From NCBI GenBank assembly GCA_965153455.1, contig OZ234493.1, forward strand, positions 23,550,213 through 23,614,212: 64,000 bases of DNA, in the 5' to 3' direction. The notes beneath the pieces are model-generated. The model searched no databases. It was not told the DNA's origin and saw nothing but the letters and a program-made list of their open reading frames with translations. Shown piece by piece: positions 26,283-39,182 of the stretch. The DNA comes from Sphagnum compactum. Taxonomy: Eukaryota. Position 1 is the first letter of the stretch. Every line of letters starts with the position of its first letter. A program made the position numbers and the translations under genes.

Positions 26283-26884
26283 GGGTGTAAGCATGGTCAA
26301 ATAGACAAAAAATGTTTCTTGTCACAAAAATTTACAAGTAGACAATTTTTTTTGTTGATGCATTGAAGGTAGAAATATTATTTTATACAATGATTAATAT
26401 GAAAATAAAATTTCACTTTAATATTATAAATTTGAAAGATGAACATTTTCATGTAAATTTAAGTAGATTTTACAAAATTGCATCTACTTGTAAGAAGTGT
26501 CCCATCTTACAAAATGGGTTGCAAGTAGATGAAATATTGAACATTTTCTATTTTCAAGTTATGAAAGCCTTAAAAAATACTTGTGTACTATAAAATTGTG
26601 CATGTTATAATCATAATACATAAAATTTCTAGTGTAAAAGTAGGTTTGAACACCAAATTGACCCAATCAAGTTCAAATCTACTTCTCACCTTATTTATGA
26701 TACCAATGTTTTTCAAATTTTGTATTCAACTTACCATAAATTAAATGGAGGGCCACGTTTTCTCATATTTCTACTTACACAAGTTTTTAATCTACTTTCA
26801 TGTGTTTATATCAAAATTTCTATCATTTTAAAACTGCATTTTCGGCAAACTACTTTTTTTGTCTACTTGACCATGCCTACACCC
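26283..26884. mobile_element. MITE-like element with ~29-bp TIRs
   Basis: gggtgtaagcatggtcaaatagacaaaaa versus tttttgtctacttgaccatgcctacaccc, with repeated internal caagtaga/tctact motifs. TSD unclear. Confidence 0.75.
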
Positions 26885-29800
26885 AAAATGTATATTTAAC
26901 ATGCCTTAAATACCACATAAATACACAAGTTTATAAATATACACCTAATATGTTTGAAACACCTTAGTATACTTCAAAGGTATGGGCATACCACATAGAA
27001 CTAACCAAGTTGTGATTATTTTTAAAACTAATTTGATTTAAAAGCCCATTCTTGGATGAAAAGCTCAAAAACTTAATCAAAATGGAAAGATGGAAAACTT
27101 AGTAATCATGAACTAATCACACCATACGTGCAAAAAAAGTAATAAACTGTAAAAGATGAGATTAATTGTAAGAAAAACAAAACATAGTTGTAAATGACAA
27201 TTAGTCACATATAACCACAAATTGGATGGTTGCACAATACATGATTTTTCGAAGTGGGACAATGTTGGTCATTTTCCCATATAATTAATAATGTTCCAAA
27301 TTGAATTTTTAATTAATGAATCTCCCCATAAAAAATCACAAATTTAATCCATCATGAATACATAGAAGGATTATTATATTTATGATAGGAAAATTTGGAT
27401 TGCCAAACAGGCCATATATTATCACAATAAATAGTTAATAACCATTGATTTGGTCATAAGAAATGTACAAAGTTATTTTTGTTTGGGCATTCATATTATG
27501 TATGCAGTTTTATAACAATGATCAAATGACATTTTGCATACATAACATTTTATAAACCTTCATAAGTCTTTATTCAATTTTGTTGAAAATTGATTTTACA
27601 AGACAACAAAATGTCAAATTTTTGGAGTTCAAAGATAACATTATTTGCAAATATATATTTTTAATCATTATTTGATCACATTTCTTCTATATTAAATTGC
27701 CTCTTCAAGTTGTTTTATCCTTTGCTTCATCTTGTTTAACTAATTTGATAAATATGTGTTTTAAATGTTTTCTTTTTCCTCCTTTTTTTTGAAAGATAAA
27801 TGTCACTTCACTATGCCAAAACATGGCGTCCATGATGGGTCCTTTTTTACTAGGTTAGTCATTTATGCCATGTGTAGTTGTATTGGTCTAATTATGGATG
27901 TTGTCTTTTGGCGTATTGTTTAAAACATGTTTGTAGAGGTATAAATGGCTTGTGTTATATAGTAATGATGTGATGCATAAATCTTTATAAAATTATCAAA
28001 TACATATTTTAAAAGTCAAAAAGAGAAGTATATTGTCTAGGAAAAACATTGAGGAAAATATTGAATCTTTCTTCTTTTGGTTCACTAAAGAATCATTTTT
28101 TTTCACATAATGAAGTGAATATTACTTGTTATGTAACACCTTAAATGGGTGCAAATCACAATGAAGGGAAAAAAATGTGTGCATGCCCAAACATAAAAAA
28201 ACTCATGTCAAAAGAAATTCCATCAAAAATCACAATTTATGTCAATAAAACACTATTTTACATTATTTTAACATTTAATTTTATTGTCAACCTTCATTCT
28301 TATTTTGTAATTGAAATGCATAATTTTCATTGGATCATTACAAAACTTATAACATGCTTCACATTTTCTTCCTATTGCCCTTTGTGCAAAGAATTCCCAC
28401 ATAATATTTACATAATTACAAAAAATAAAAAATTCATACATATATGATCTATGTTCAACAAAAGAGAAGTAAATAGGAAATGAAGTACCATACATAGTAT
28501 TGAGATGACTCCATTATGGTTGTTTCCACATGTTAAATACAAAGGTATCTTTCCACTTTCACCACTTGCATTAACATATCTACTCCTTTGTTAACAATGT
28601 TTTCAACAATGTTAACATATCCACAAGAAGCCTAATTAAACAATACGTCATATGTCAATGACATGTCATATTAAAATAAAGTTCTACCAAAGGTAATAAT
28701 GATATGATACAATGTGTAACATGCAATTAGTCTTCCTTATTTGCACCAAGACAAGGAAAAGACAAATTCTTCAAATGTTCTTGAAGTGTTTGTTCCTATA
28801 TGAAGTTGAGACATGAAAAGACACATAGATTACAAAAGACATTGTTCCATTCCATTCAACAAAAATGTCAAGTGGTTAATGTCCATAATTGTTGTAATGA
28901 TGACCATTAATGGACCCTATGCCTAGTATAAAACAAGATATAAAAGTTGAGTTTCTTACAATCAGTCCAAAGAATAAATTTGTTACTAGCGACAAAATTT
29001 TATAAATAATATTAATTATGGCATAAGGTGAAAATATGGATACAAATGATAAGTAATTGAAAATATTTATGGGCCTTGTGCATCAGGATCTTTTGACCAA
29101 GGATTTACTTTGGATTTGTATATTGTGGTCTAATTAACTATTTCAATTTAGGCACACCTAATTAGTTTGATCTCACTTGTGACAAAATACTAGGTTGTAA
29201 AGAAAGAAATGTTAAATAATATAAAAATTCCTCCATGGAAAGGATGAATGTTCTAAAAGATTAGTAGATGGCATAATGTTATTGACCTAAATGGATCTAA
29301 ATGGAAGGGTGGATGATTCATCCATTTTTCTTTCATATATTTCAAGAGTTATGGGTGTAGCTTTGGGCACATTTTCTATTTTCCTATTTTTCATGTCATT
29401 AATCTATCATCAAGTCTTGTAGTTGACATAAAATGAAGTATGTGTAATGAACTTATGATACAATAAATTTATGTTTTGTTTTGTTTTGATTATGACCAAA
29501 GGAAAACCATATGCATGTGTGTTTGATGATTGAGCTCCATAAGGGGGAGGTCTTTCAACACATATGATGAACTCCCCATTGGGTCTTAGCCCACATAAAA
29601 GACCAAACTTTAAACACATGAATGTCCTAACACAAATCATATAAATTTCACCTTTTTTATAGTGTGTTATGTGTGTTATGTGAGATTTTGGTTCATTCAA
29701 TATAACTTGTTCTAGAAAGGAATTATTTTTAAAATAACCTTCATAGGATTGAATCCATCCTATGCTATAGACATTACAACCCAATTCATATATTGCATAT

Positions 29801-32800
29801 ATGACACTCACATTGAGGCCTTGAACCTGAAGCAAGATTACATGTTACTTTTGATAGCATTTTGTTTTGAAATTCCCATTCACAAAATGTAGTAATATTA
29901 AAATTGCAACTATTGTTTTCACAATAATGAAAGTTATAAAGTTCATTTACAAGTTTCATATGTATGGTGACAATGGATGTGATTTAAAAAAAATTTCATG
30001 TGATCTATACAAATAGTTTGTTTGCAATTCAACAATTTAAATATATTAGTATAACATTACTTTTATAAAAATAGGCACCATTTTAGAATATTACAAATCA
30101 AATAATCTTGCTTGAATCATTTAAGAATCTAATCAATGATAATTTTGAAAAAATAACCATATGATGTTCATTTAAGCACATCATAACTTTTGCAATTACT
30201 CTAGAGCTAAAAATACCAAATCAAACAAAGCTAAAAGACATAAACTAATATATCCTTAAAAAACTAATTATGTAGCATATAGCCATAACTACCTAGCCAC
30301 ATGAACTTTGGCCATGATATATTAAAAAGAAGGTCATGCTTTTTCCTAATTATGAAAAAATACATACATGCATCTATATATAAGGTCCATGCCATTTTTT
30401 CTTCTAAATTATAAACAAAATGTTGGGAAAAAGGGAATTTTGACATAGTATAAATCAATAGAATATGAGATTTTGATTAGCTTGTTATAGCAATTTTAAC
30501 ATTCAACAAGTTGACAAGGTGAATCAACATTTTGACTGTTGAGATGTCAATTAAGATAAATGATTTGTTGGCAAGTTGAGTATTGACAAATCGATAGTGT
30601 GACATTTGGAAGGATGCCAAACTATTTTGGCAAATTGATTTCAATGCCAATTTGTCTATGAGTAGATAACACAAGTTATAGTTATTGAATTTTATTTATT
30701 TATTTATTTATTTTTGGGAAATAGCAAACAAAACAAGGTTTGATAAGTTTATAAAATATAAAAAGTTACTAGAGAACCAAAGGTAAAACTGTGAAAAAGT
30801 TTTTGGACAAACACACTTCTATAAAATTTTGTGTAGGGAGTTCTATATTTTTATGTTTTAAATGGAGAGATTGGGTTTGGTATGAATGATTAAGTGTGTA
30901 TGCAAGAATTAAGGAAGATTTTATGAGATGTAAAATGTGTTTATAGAACATGTAAAAGTAGTTCAAGTAATAGTAATTGTAGTATGGTTGAAGAAGGTTG
31001 AGGTTCATTAGTCATCAACATGTAACTTTCACAAAGATATAATTTTATCTCGTTATTTTGGGTACATGGTACTTGGTTTAATAGTGACGGGCATGAACCT
31101 AATATGTGTACATATGTAACGTGTTAATGTTAATAAGTGTATACAACAAAACAAAACAAGTTTTGTAACCTTTTTATCATTTAGATCTAGGTGTAAGGAC
31201 CATTCTAACATATAAATTTATGGTTCAACTAGCTAGGCTTCATCATCATGTTTGTTGAATATGAGAGTTGCATTAGTTAATGCTACAAGCATTTTGAGTA
31301 GCCAAACATAAAAATGAAAAAGTTAAGCAAGAAAACAAAAGGAAACAAAAAAGGAGAAACTAAACTTAACCTAACAACTTAGACAAAAATAAAATAAAAT
31401 TAGATAGCGATAGTTTGATAAGGAAATACAAACATGGACCAACACCTTGGGTAGAAAAAAAACAAAAGAGTTGGCAATGAATAAGGACCAACGACTTGAA
31501 CAAAAGAGAACTAACATTGAACATGCTTATAAGAAAAGACAAAATACAACCAACACATTGGACGATGGAAACAAACGATCTAAAAACTTAACAAGATTAG
31601 CAAATGATGTGCACATCAAAGACAAAAACAATAGGTTTTTTTAAAACCACAACATTGATCAACACTTGTATTAAACACTTGCACCAAAAACACCAACACA
31701 ACTTGCATGTGGCAAGAAAGAAAAAGAAAAAATAAAATTGAAAACTAATTTAATATCAAACTGAGAGAGTCCACTAACAATCAAAAGAATTTGAAAAAGC
31801 AAGTGAAACTCTTATCCACTCAACAAGCATTAAACACACATGTAACTAAAGGAGTGCAATAATCATGCACAAATTATTGCACCATTTTAAGCTTCACCAT
31901 CATATAGCCTTGAACATAAAAGAAAAAATACAAATGCCGAATATTAGTTGCATGTGGCAAAATTGGAGTTCCTCAATAACTCACACATCACCAAATGATC
32001 AATGCATCAATTAAACAACTTTCATGCAAAAAACTCCATTACAAGGCACATTGAACACCATTAACAAGTCACAATAGTAAATTAGTTGAGGAAATCCATT
32101 ACTGCAAAGTACTAGCTCAAAAGCACATCCAAAGTAGAAATAACCCTGTTGGATGAGAAAAACAAGTCCTTCCTTCATCTACAATATTTTTATTCATTAC
32201 ATATAATTAACCTTAATTCATACATGTGCCAAGTTCTATATGGATGATTTGTCACAACACCCACTGGTGCACCATCCGTTGGAAACCCCTTATGGCTCAA
32301 TTATGGATGAAACACAACTAAATTACCTTTTTAACCTAGCATGTAGACCCTCCTAGTTCCACTGCACATTACCTAGGTAAATACCTATGTAAGTGGGTAA
32401 GTATCATAGGTAAATAGTGTAAGAAATGTAAGAGGTTACTACCTGGGAAGGTAAGGAGATAACCTTGGTAGTTACTAGGGAGGTAAATGAATATGGGTGG
32501 TTAAATACATAGCTAATGACTGTGGTTGAGTAGGAATACAATGAAAAGTGTTTCCTGTTCATACATTATCCATCCTTCATGGTTCGCTAATGGGTCCTGG
32601 TTCACTCTAGCTGTTGTATGCACCCTTAGCTGTGACTTTTTTTTTTTTGCATGGAGGTTTGGATTTTAGAAACTTCACACAATCAAACCCAAGAGTTCTT
32701 AGATTTGAGCGTTTCTTTAATACAAGAAACCAACCAGTTCCCAGTAGTCTCAGTTGTTTGATTACTCTTTACTCACTGGTCAAGTGGCTATATACCCATA

Positions 32801-34293
32801 CCTGTACCTGCTAGTTCGTATATAAAGACCACCTTGAAAATTGCTCAAGTATTTGGAGGTTACCTTACAGAGTGAAAAAAATTGTCCACTGGAGGCAGGT
32901 GTTTCAAAAAGTGTGAAGCCCATAGCAGCAGCAGGTATTTTTCTTGTTGAAATGCTGCCCTCTTCTTTTGCATTCTTTCCTGCAATACCCATCAGGTATA
33001 GGGCAAAAATTGAAAAACATAAAACCAGTGGTCCAGGTAACTGGTAATGGAGGCCAAAAATGAAACCAGCCCAAAACCAAAACTGAACAACACTGGTATA
33101 TACTACATGCCCAAAGTTTTTACATTAAAATCGATGGAACCACATAATTTATCTCACACATGCGTATGGAGCCAGGGCTTGTAAAGGAGGAAATATCCCT
33201 TATATCTGTTGTTACAAAATTCTGTTGTAAGGTTTCTTTCTGAAATGTAAACAAAATGATGATGAAACAAACCCTTTCAAGTTTTTTTTTGTTAGAAAAT
33301 CACACGCCATAAGCCTCTTTTTTCCAGAATAATTGTGAACAATAGACACAAATGAGTTGTGAATTTCTCAGCCTGCTTGGTGTTGTTCTCTTTTGTGGTA
33401 GGTAAATCCCAAGTTGGCAGGCTAAAACTGTACATAAAACCCACCTTAAGAATCCTTTTCTTTTTCTTTCCTATGATACCCGGCAATTACCACCAGAGAA
33501 AATGAAACAAAAATTCAGAGGCTGTTTCAAAAAATGAAATGCCAAAGGCCATCATAGCAGGGATTTCATTTGTTCATACTCCCCCACCCCAAAAAGAAGA
33601 GCAAAAATTTACATGTTAAAATGGCATGGACATAAACTAAAAAAATCTGCTTAGTGTTTTATGTTAGGTCAAAAGAACACAGAGTCTGGAATTGGAACAT
33701 ATTATTAGGCTAAGCAATAATTTGGACTCAGTCAGGCCTGTTAAAACTGGAACCAATTTTATATATAAATATATCTGGGAGATTGTCTTGTGGGGGCTGG
33801 AGGGGGGAGGGAAGGGGGGGTCATGAGCCCAGATTTCTGTCTTTCCACATCCAGTGCTACTGCTCCAGTTGTTCATTTTCATCACATGGATAATCCATTT
33901 GCTGATCGGATGAATCAAATCCCCAGCTTCATTAGTATCTGTGACAAAATGGTAGTTACACATTCCCTCCCAATTATGAGATCTAAATTGCAAAAACTCG
34001 CACGAGAATAACAGTACTAAAAAAATGATATAATCATCCATCACCAAGGAACCAGCAATCAATCATGGATCAATTATAGTAATAAAAAATAGTGTGTCAC
34101 ACTTCTCCATTTGCACTGACCCCAGAAGAAGATAAGCAGCTTCTTTGATCTTGGTGAAATAATGAGAGGCATGTGGGCCACAGGAAAAGTGTGAGGTGTA
34201 AGCCTTAAGGGTCAAATAATTTGAGGGTCAGTAGCTTTGAGATCAGTGCTCACCACGGTCCATGCAAGTGTTGTTTCGAGGAGGAACGACATA

Positions 34294-34387
34294 CCAGCTT
34301 TCGTATCACAGAGCACTTTCATTTAGCAATTAGTGCTTTCCCCAGCTTTTGTATCACTGAGCACTTTGATTTGACAATTAGTGCTTC
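34294..34387. repeat. 48-bp imperfect tandem duplication, each copy with agcact...agtgct inverted motif
   Basis: Copies start at 34294 and 34342. Confidence 0.8.
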
Positions 34388-36292
34388 TGCCCGTACAGTA
34401 CACTTCTTTACTTGTAGTGAGAAGGTAGAGTTGATGGTGTGGCTTGTTTGTCTCACACCAAGCTTGGTCAGATGCCAGACTAAAACCCTCAGTGTATATT
34501 GTTGAGAAGAGTAGCCTGGGTGAAGTACACTGTAATTCCTGTACTGAGCAAGAGATTTCTTTTTGATTCAAAATTATTTGAAGTCAGTGATAGATAATAT
34601 TAGGTCTCCACTTTGTCAACCTTCCTACAGAGCCTAACACTGAAATCGTGATGTATGTCCATCATGATGTTTTGTAGCATGTCGAACAAATTGTTTCTCT
34701 TCCTTCATTGAATGCAGGTGGGCAAATTGCTTGGGGGTGAAGTATTCAACGCATCCATTTGCTTTTTTAATCCATTCTTGATTATAAAGGGGCACAGACA
34801 TCTATCCCTTCTCCACAAGTGCATGCAGATTGTATCACCCTAGCACTCACCAATACACCTTCCGCTGGAAACCCCCTATGACTTGATGTGGCATGAGGCC
34901 ATACAGTGGGGACCTAGGCATACCTTGGTATTTTTATCCTCAAGAAATGCAGTGTGCTGTATTTGGGTATTTTATATGGACTTCACATTATTTCTGTGTA
35001 ATCATGTCTTTTGTGTTAGTCTCAAATCGGACTTCAACAGTCATCCCAAACATTGTATTGGCAGGGTTGTTCAGACTTCAGAGTGTCGGTTCTGGACATT
35101 TTGTGCCCAAGGAATCCACAATTCTGCTTCAACTCTGAGAAATCTTGAAAAGTGGCAACATTGTTGTCATTATTGACATGAGACACAGAACATTTCCGGA
35201 GATTCAGTCTCAACAGGGCAAGGCTTCAGTCTTGGGACTTCCTTACATTTTGTTGACTCTGTCCATGGGAAGAGACCAGTGTTGTCAAGTTCTCTCTGTA
35301 ATGCCCTTGACCGGGGCAATTCCTGAAGTAAGCACTCACCTGAGGCGCAGCTAAGGGGCATCTTACTTTGGGGATGCCCTACTCCAAGGATATTACCCAG
35401 CATAAAGACCTCATTTTGATTTTCTTTCTTCAAAACTGGAACCAGAATTGGAACTGGCTTAAAAATCGAAATTGGAATTGGAACTGGCCTTTGGCTAGAA
35501 TCAAACCTACAGCAAGAATCGGCACCAGAACCCCATTTCTATGGGTTCTAGTTCTTCATTTTATTTTTAAAAAAAAATTCGTATTAACTTTTAAAAATTA
35601 TAATTTTGACTGGGGTTAGAAATGTAATTGATATAAATGATACACTTGTTTGTGGTTGTACAATGCCAATAATAATTAAAAATTCAGTTGTGGGATATGC
35701 ATAGCTAAATAGAACTGAATCTGGTTCAGCCTACGAATGTTTATTTGAAGGTTTGAGAGTCGAGAGTTTTCAAATGTGAAGAATCAGGTTCCAAACTTCC
35801 ATTGAAGGTTCCTAACAAATACAAAAAAATCCTTGAACTGGAATCAAAGTTTCTTTTAGTTTAAATTTTTTTCCTGGGAACTGGGACTAGAGGTTCTCTT
35901 GAAAAGTCAGAATTGGTAGATACCATAGTTTCATAATTGATGTCCATTCAAGATCCATCTCTCAATAGACACAGCCTTATATTAAATTCCAGAGTAGAAT
36001 GGTGTGAAGCCTTCATACCAGTTGTTGTGCATTAAATACAGTTAGAGTATACCCTGACCACCAAGAACACTTTAAAAAGTAATTGACTGTTGTGGATTGG
36101 TCAGCAATAATGATTGGTCCAGGTGTAAAACTTAAATAATATTAAATTTATTTTTAAAATGTCGATTTTTCTAGAAATGATCTGTTTGATGTGCTGATAT
36201 TGAAGGAGATTATTACCTTGGATGCCAAATTCTTTTGGAACTGGGCCAATTTTTTATGGCACCTAAATTCTCTACTACATACATTGTATACC

Positions 36293-36393
36293 ATCTGACT
36301 TTGGTGATACGAGTCTCATTGAGACTTATGATATTAATCTGACTTTGGTGATACGAGTCTCATTGAGACTTATGGTATTAATCTGACTTTGGT
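36293..36393. repeat. 44-bp tandem repeat, about 2.3 copies, with internal inverted repeat agtctca-t-tgagact
   Basis: Copies start at 36293, 36337 and 36381 (partial). The two full copies differ at one base. Confidence 0.92.
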
Positions 36394-38289
36394 CGAACAT
36401 TATTTCTCCTTATTTTTGCATAAAGAAAGAATTAAAAATGTTGTAGGAAGTATCAATTTCCTCTATAAGTTTTAGTTTCGATTTACAAGAATTTTCAATG
36501 AAAAAAATTGTTCAATATTAAATAGCTTCTCCACTGTAGGTCAAAAACATTATAAACCAACTTGATGCACCCGTACTCATTAAAGGCTTTCAAACTGTAC
36601 CATGAGAGTGATGCTTCGTCTGTAAAATCTGAACATTTTGGGAGACATTAAATAGATAACATATATAACCCCATCTTTCTTTGATCTACTTGACAATTAC
36701 TTGTTAACTTTTAGAAAACATGCAAGAGGAAACATAGGATCCTCTCTTTCACTGTTATTTTATCATTCTCCCAATAACTTCCATTCCTGATTTGTTGTTC
36801 ATGCCATGTTTAATCTAATTTTGTGCAATATGATGTGACCAATCTTTACTACTAAAATTACCAAACATTTTTTAATGTGCCCTACAGGGTGGGACACCAT
36901 GTAGACATAAAGATTGTCAAATGTCCCTTGTTACAGGATCCTCCTGAAAAAACCTCGACTTGTGACGAAGGCCATAATTGTTAGGATGAAATCAACTACC
37001 ATTTGGTTGTTTTGTAAACAAGTTGTGAATGAATGAATTGCACAATATTAGTTTTCTAATGAACATCTTGATTGTGAATAATATGGCACAAGATCAACTA
37101 TTAAATGAACAAATCATACCTATATTATGTATAAAGTGTCGGATGGTGAGTCTCCAATCAATTCTAGCAATAAACTCTGCCCCATTCCATGCAATTAAAA
37201 TATGTTCAACAATCTTGGGGAATAGGTAGATGATAAGACCCAATTCTGTTTGTGTTTTTTGACACATCATCATGGTGACCCTAGCTTGGTGACATGGTGA
37301 CATGTAAAAGCACCATTCTGTGACGAGATGCAATTGACTATACCCAATGCCAAATGTTCAATTGGAAACAAATCAGTATGCTGTTCAACTGGGCCAAAGT
37401 TTGGAAGCCAAATATATGGAATCCCATGGCCCATATCATATTCTGGCAATAATAAACCCCCACCTCCCACCCTCCAGACCCCATAAAATCATTTTGGAAA
37501 ACCATGAACACTCTAGACAACTTGAAATGATCTACATGCTAGGTTGACCATGTGAGGATTTCAATGTTTCTTTAATTCAGGCTTACGATTTATTTCCTTA
37601 CCACCTTTAAACTTCTTGTACTACCTACTCCCATGGAAGACCTCATCATTTCACCACCATTTCATGCTTGATTTATGAAGAAGCCTATTGCTAAGCAAGA
37701 ACAAACTTAAAATGCGTCAATTTGGCATGCTTAGTTCATGCCAAATATTCCTCAGCCAATAGACAAATATATATATTTTGTTTTAGTAACTTGGGCAATA
37801 GGCTTAACGATAGATACTAAATAGTGGTAACGAGCTAAATGCAACATCGGGTTCGAAACATTTATAGTATAATGTTCAACATGAAAAAAAAGAAGATTTT
37901 TTTTATTATACCCACACAATGATTAATGTTATAAGTATCTTTCTTACACAAATAGTTTTTTTTTTAAAAATGTGATGCATTAGTTAAAATCCTTCTTTCA
38001 ACCCAAAGGTTCAGTGTTCAATCCTTTTTTCCATTGTTTTTGCCAACAAATGAAATGAATGAAAAGAAAATAAAACATTTAAATAATTAAAAAAATAATT
38101 TGTCCTTAGGGAGCAACCTCTCTAAGAAAAAAAAGAGTAAGTGTCTTTAAGCAAGTTGTTCTATGGAATTATGTAACTTCTCCATGAAGTAAAATGAAAT
38201 TCTGGGGGAGCAAAAAAGTTTCTTAAAATACAAATAAAGTACTTCGCAAAACAACTTGCACAAAGAGGAAGAAAAATTCTTTGAAGAGT

Positions 38290-39182
38290 AATGAATTTTC
38301 TTGAAGGAAAGGCCCAAATTTCTTAAAGAGAAAGGAACTTCGCTAAAGAGTAATGTATTGTCCCTGGGGAAGGGCCCAAATCCCTTGACGAGAAAGACGG
38401 CTACTCTAAGGAGTAATATACTTTTCCCAAGGAAGGGTCCAAGTTCCCTTGAAAACAATCATGTTTTGAATCGTTTTCCAATCACAACAATTTCAGTTTG
38501 TTTTTATATAGGTTTGCGACTTAACATTGGAAAATTCTCAAAAAGGATTACAATTTTGTAATTGAAAGCACTTCAATCCAAATTCATATAAAAAAGTTAA
38601 AATCATACAAAATTTTAGATAAATTTGTTCCCCAAGGCACATGGTTGGCCCCGGGAAGCAATCATCTCCCCTAAAGAAAAACGATCTTAAGTTGCATTAA
38701 AGAGCAATTGTGTCCTTAGGGAAAAAAAGTCTTAAGTTGCCCTAGGGAACAACCATGTCCCCCGAGGAAAAAACGTCTTAAGTTGCTCCAAGGAGCAACC
38801 ATGTTCCTTAAGGAGAAAGGGTCTCAAGTTGCTCTGGAGAGCAACCATGTTCCTTAAGAAGAAAGGGTCTCAAGTTGCTCTGGAGAGCAACCATGTTCTT
38901 TGAGGAACAAATGTGTTTGAATTTTATGATCTTAATTTTGTTTCATATCAATTTTAATTGAAATGTTTTTAACTACAAAGTTATAGTCTTTTTTGAGACC
39001 TTTCCAATGATAAGTCACAAGCCCAAATAAAAACAAACATGAAATGGTTGTGATTGGAAACAATTCGAAACATGATTGTTCACTGAGGAATTGGGGCCTT
39101 TCCCCGGGGAAAGTACATTGGTCCCCAAGGATGCTACCATTTTCCTCAAGGAACTTGAGCCTTGCCTTGAAGAAAATTCATT
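38290..39182. mobile_element. Foldback-like element: long imperfect inverted arms around a ~43-44-bp tandem array
   Basis: The arm at ~38290-38612 is the reverse complement of ~38920-39182 (e.g. aacaatcatgtt..tttccaatcacaac / gttgtgattggaaa..aacatgattgtt), with an indel. The centre (~38630-38910) repeats aagttgc..gagcaaccatgt. Confidence 0.75.

Noticed and set aside
22600..32300. Many short ORFs in the very AT-rich spacer
   Set aside because: They are F/I/K/N/L-rich compositional artefacts with no recognisable domains or splice-consistent models; probably old TE debris.
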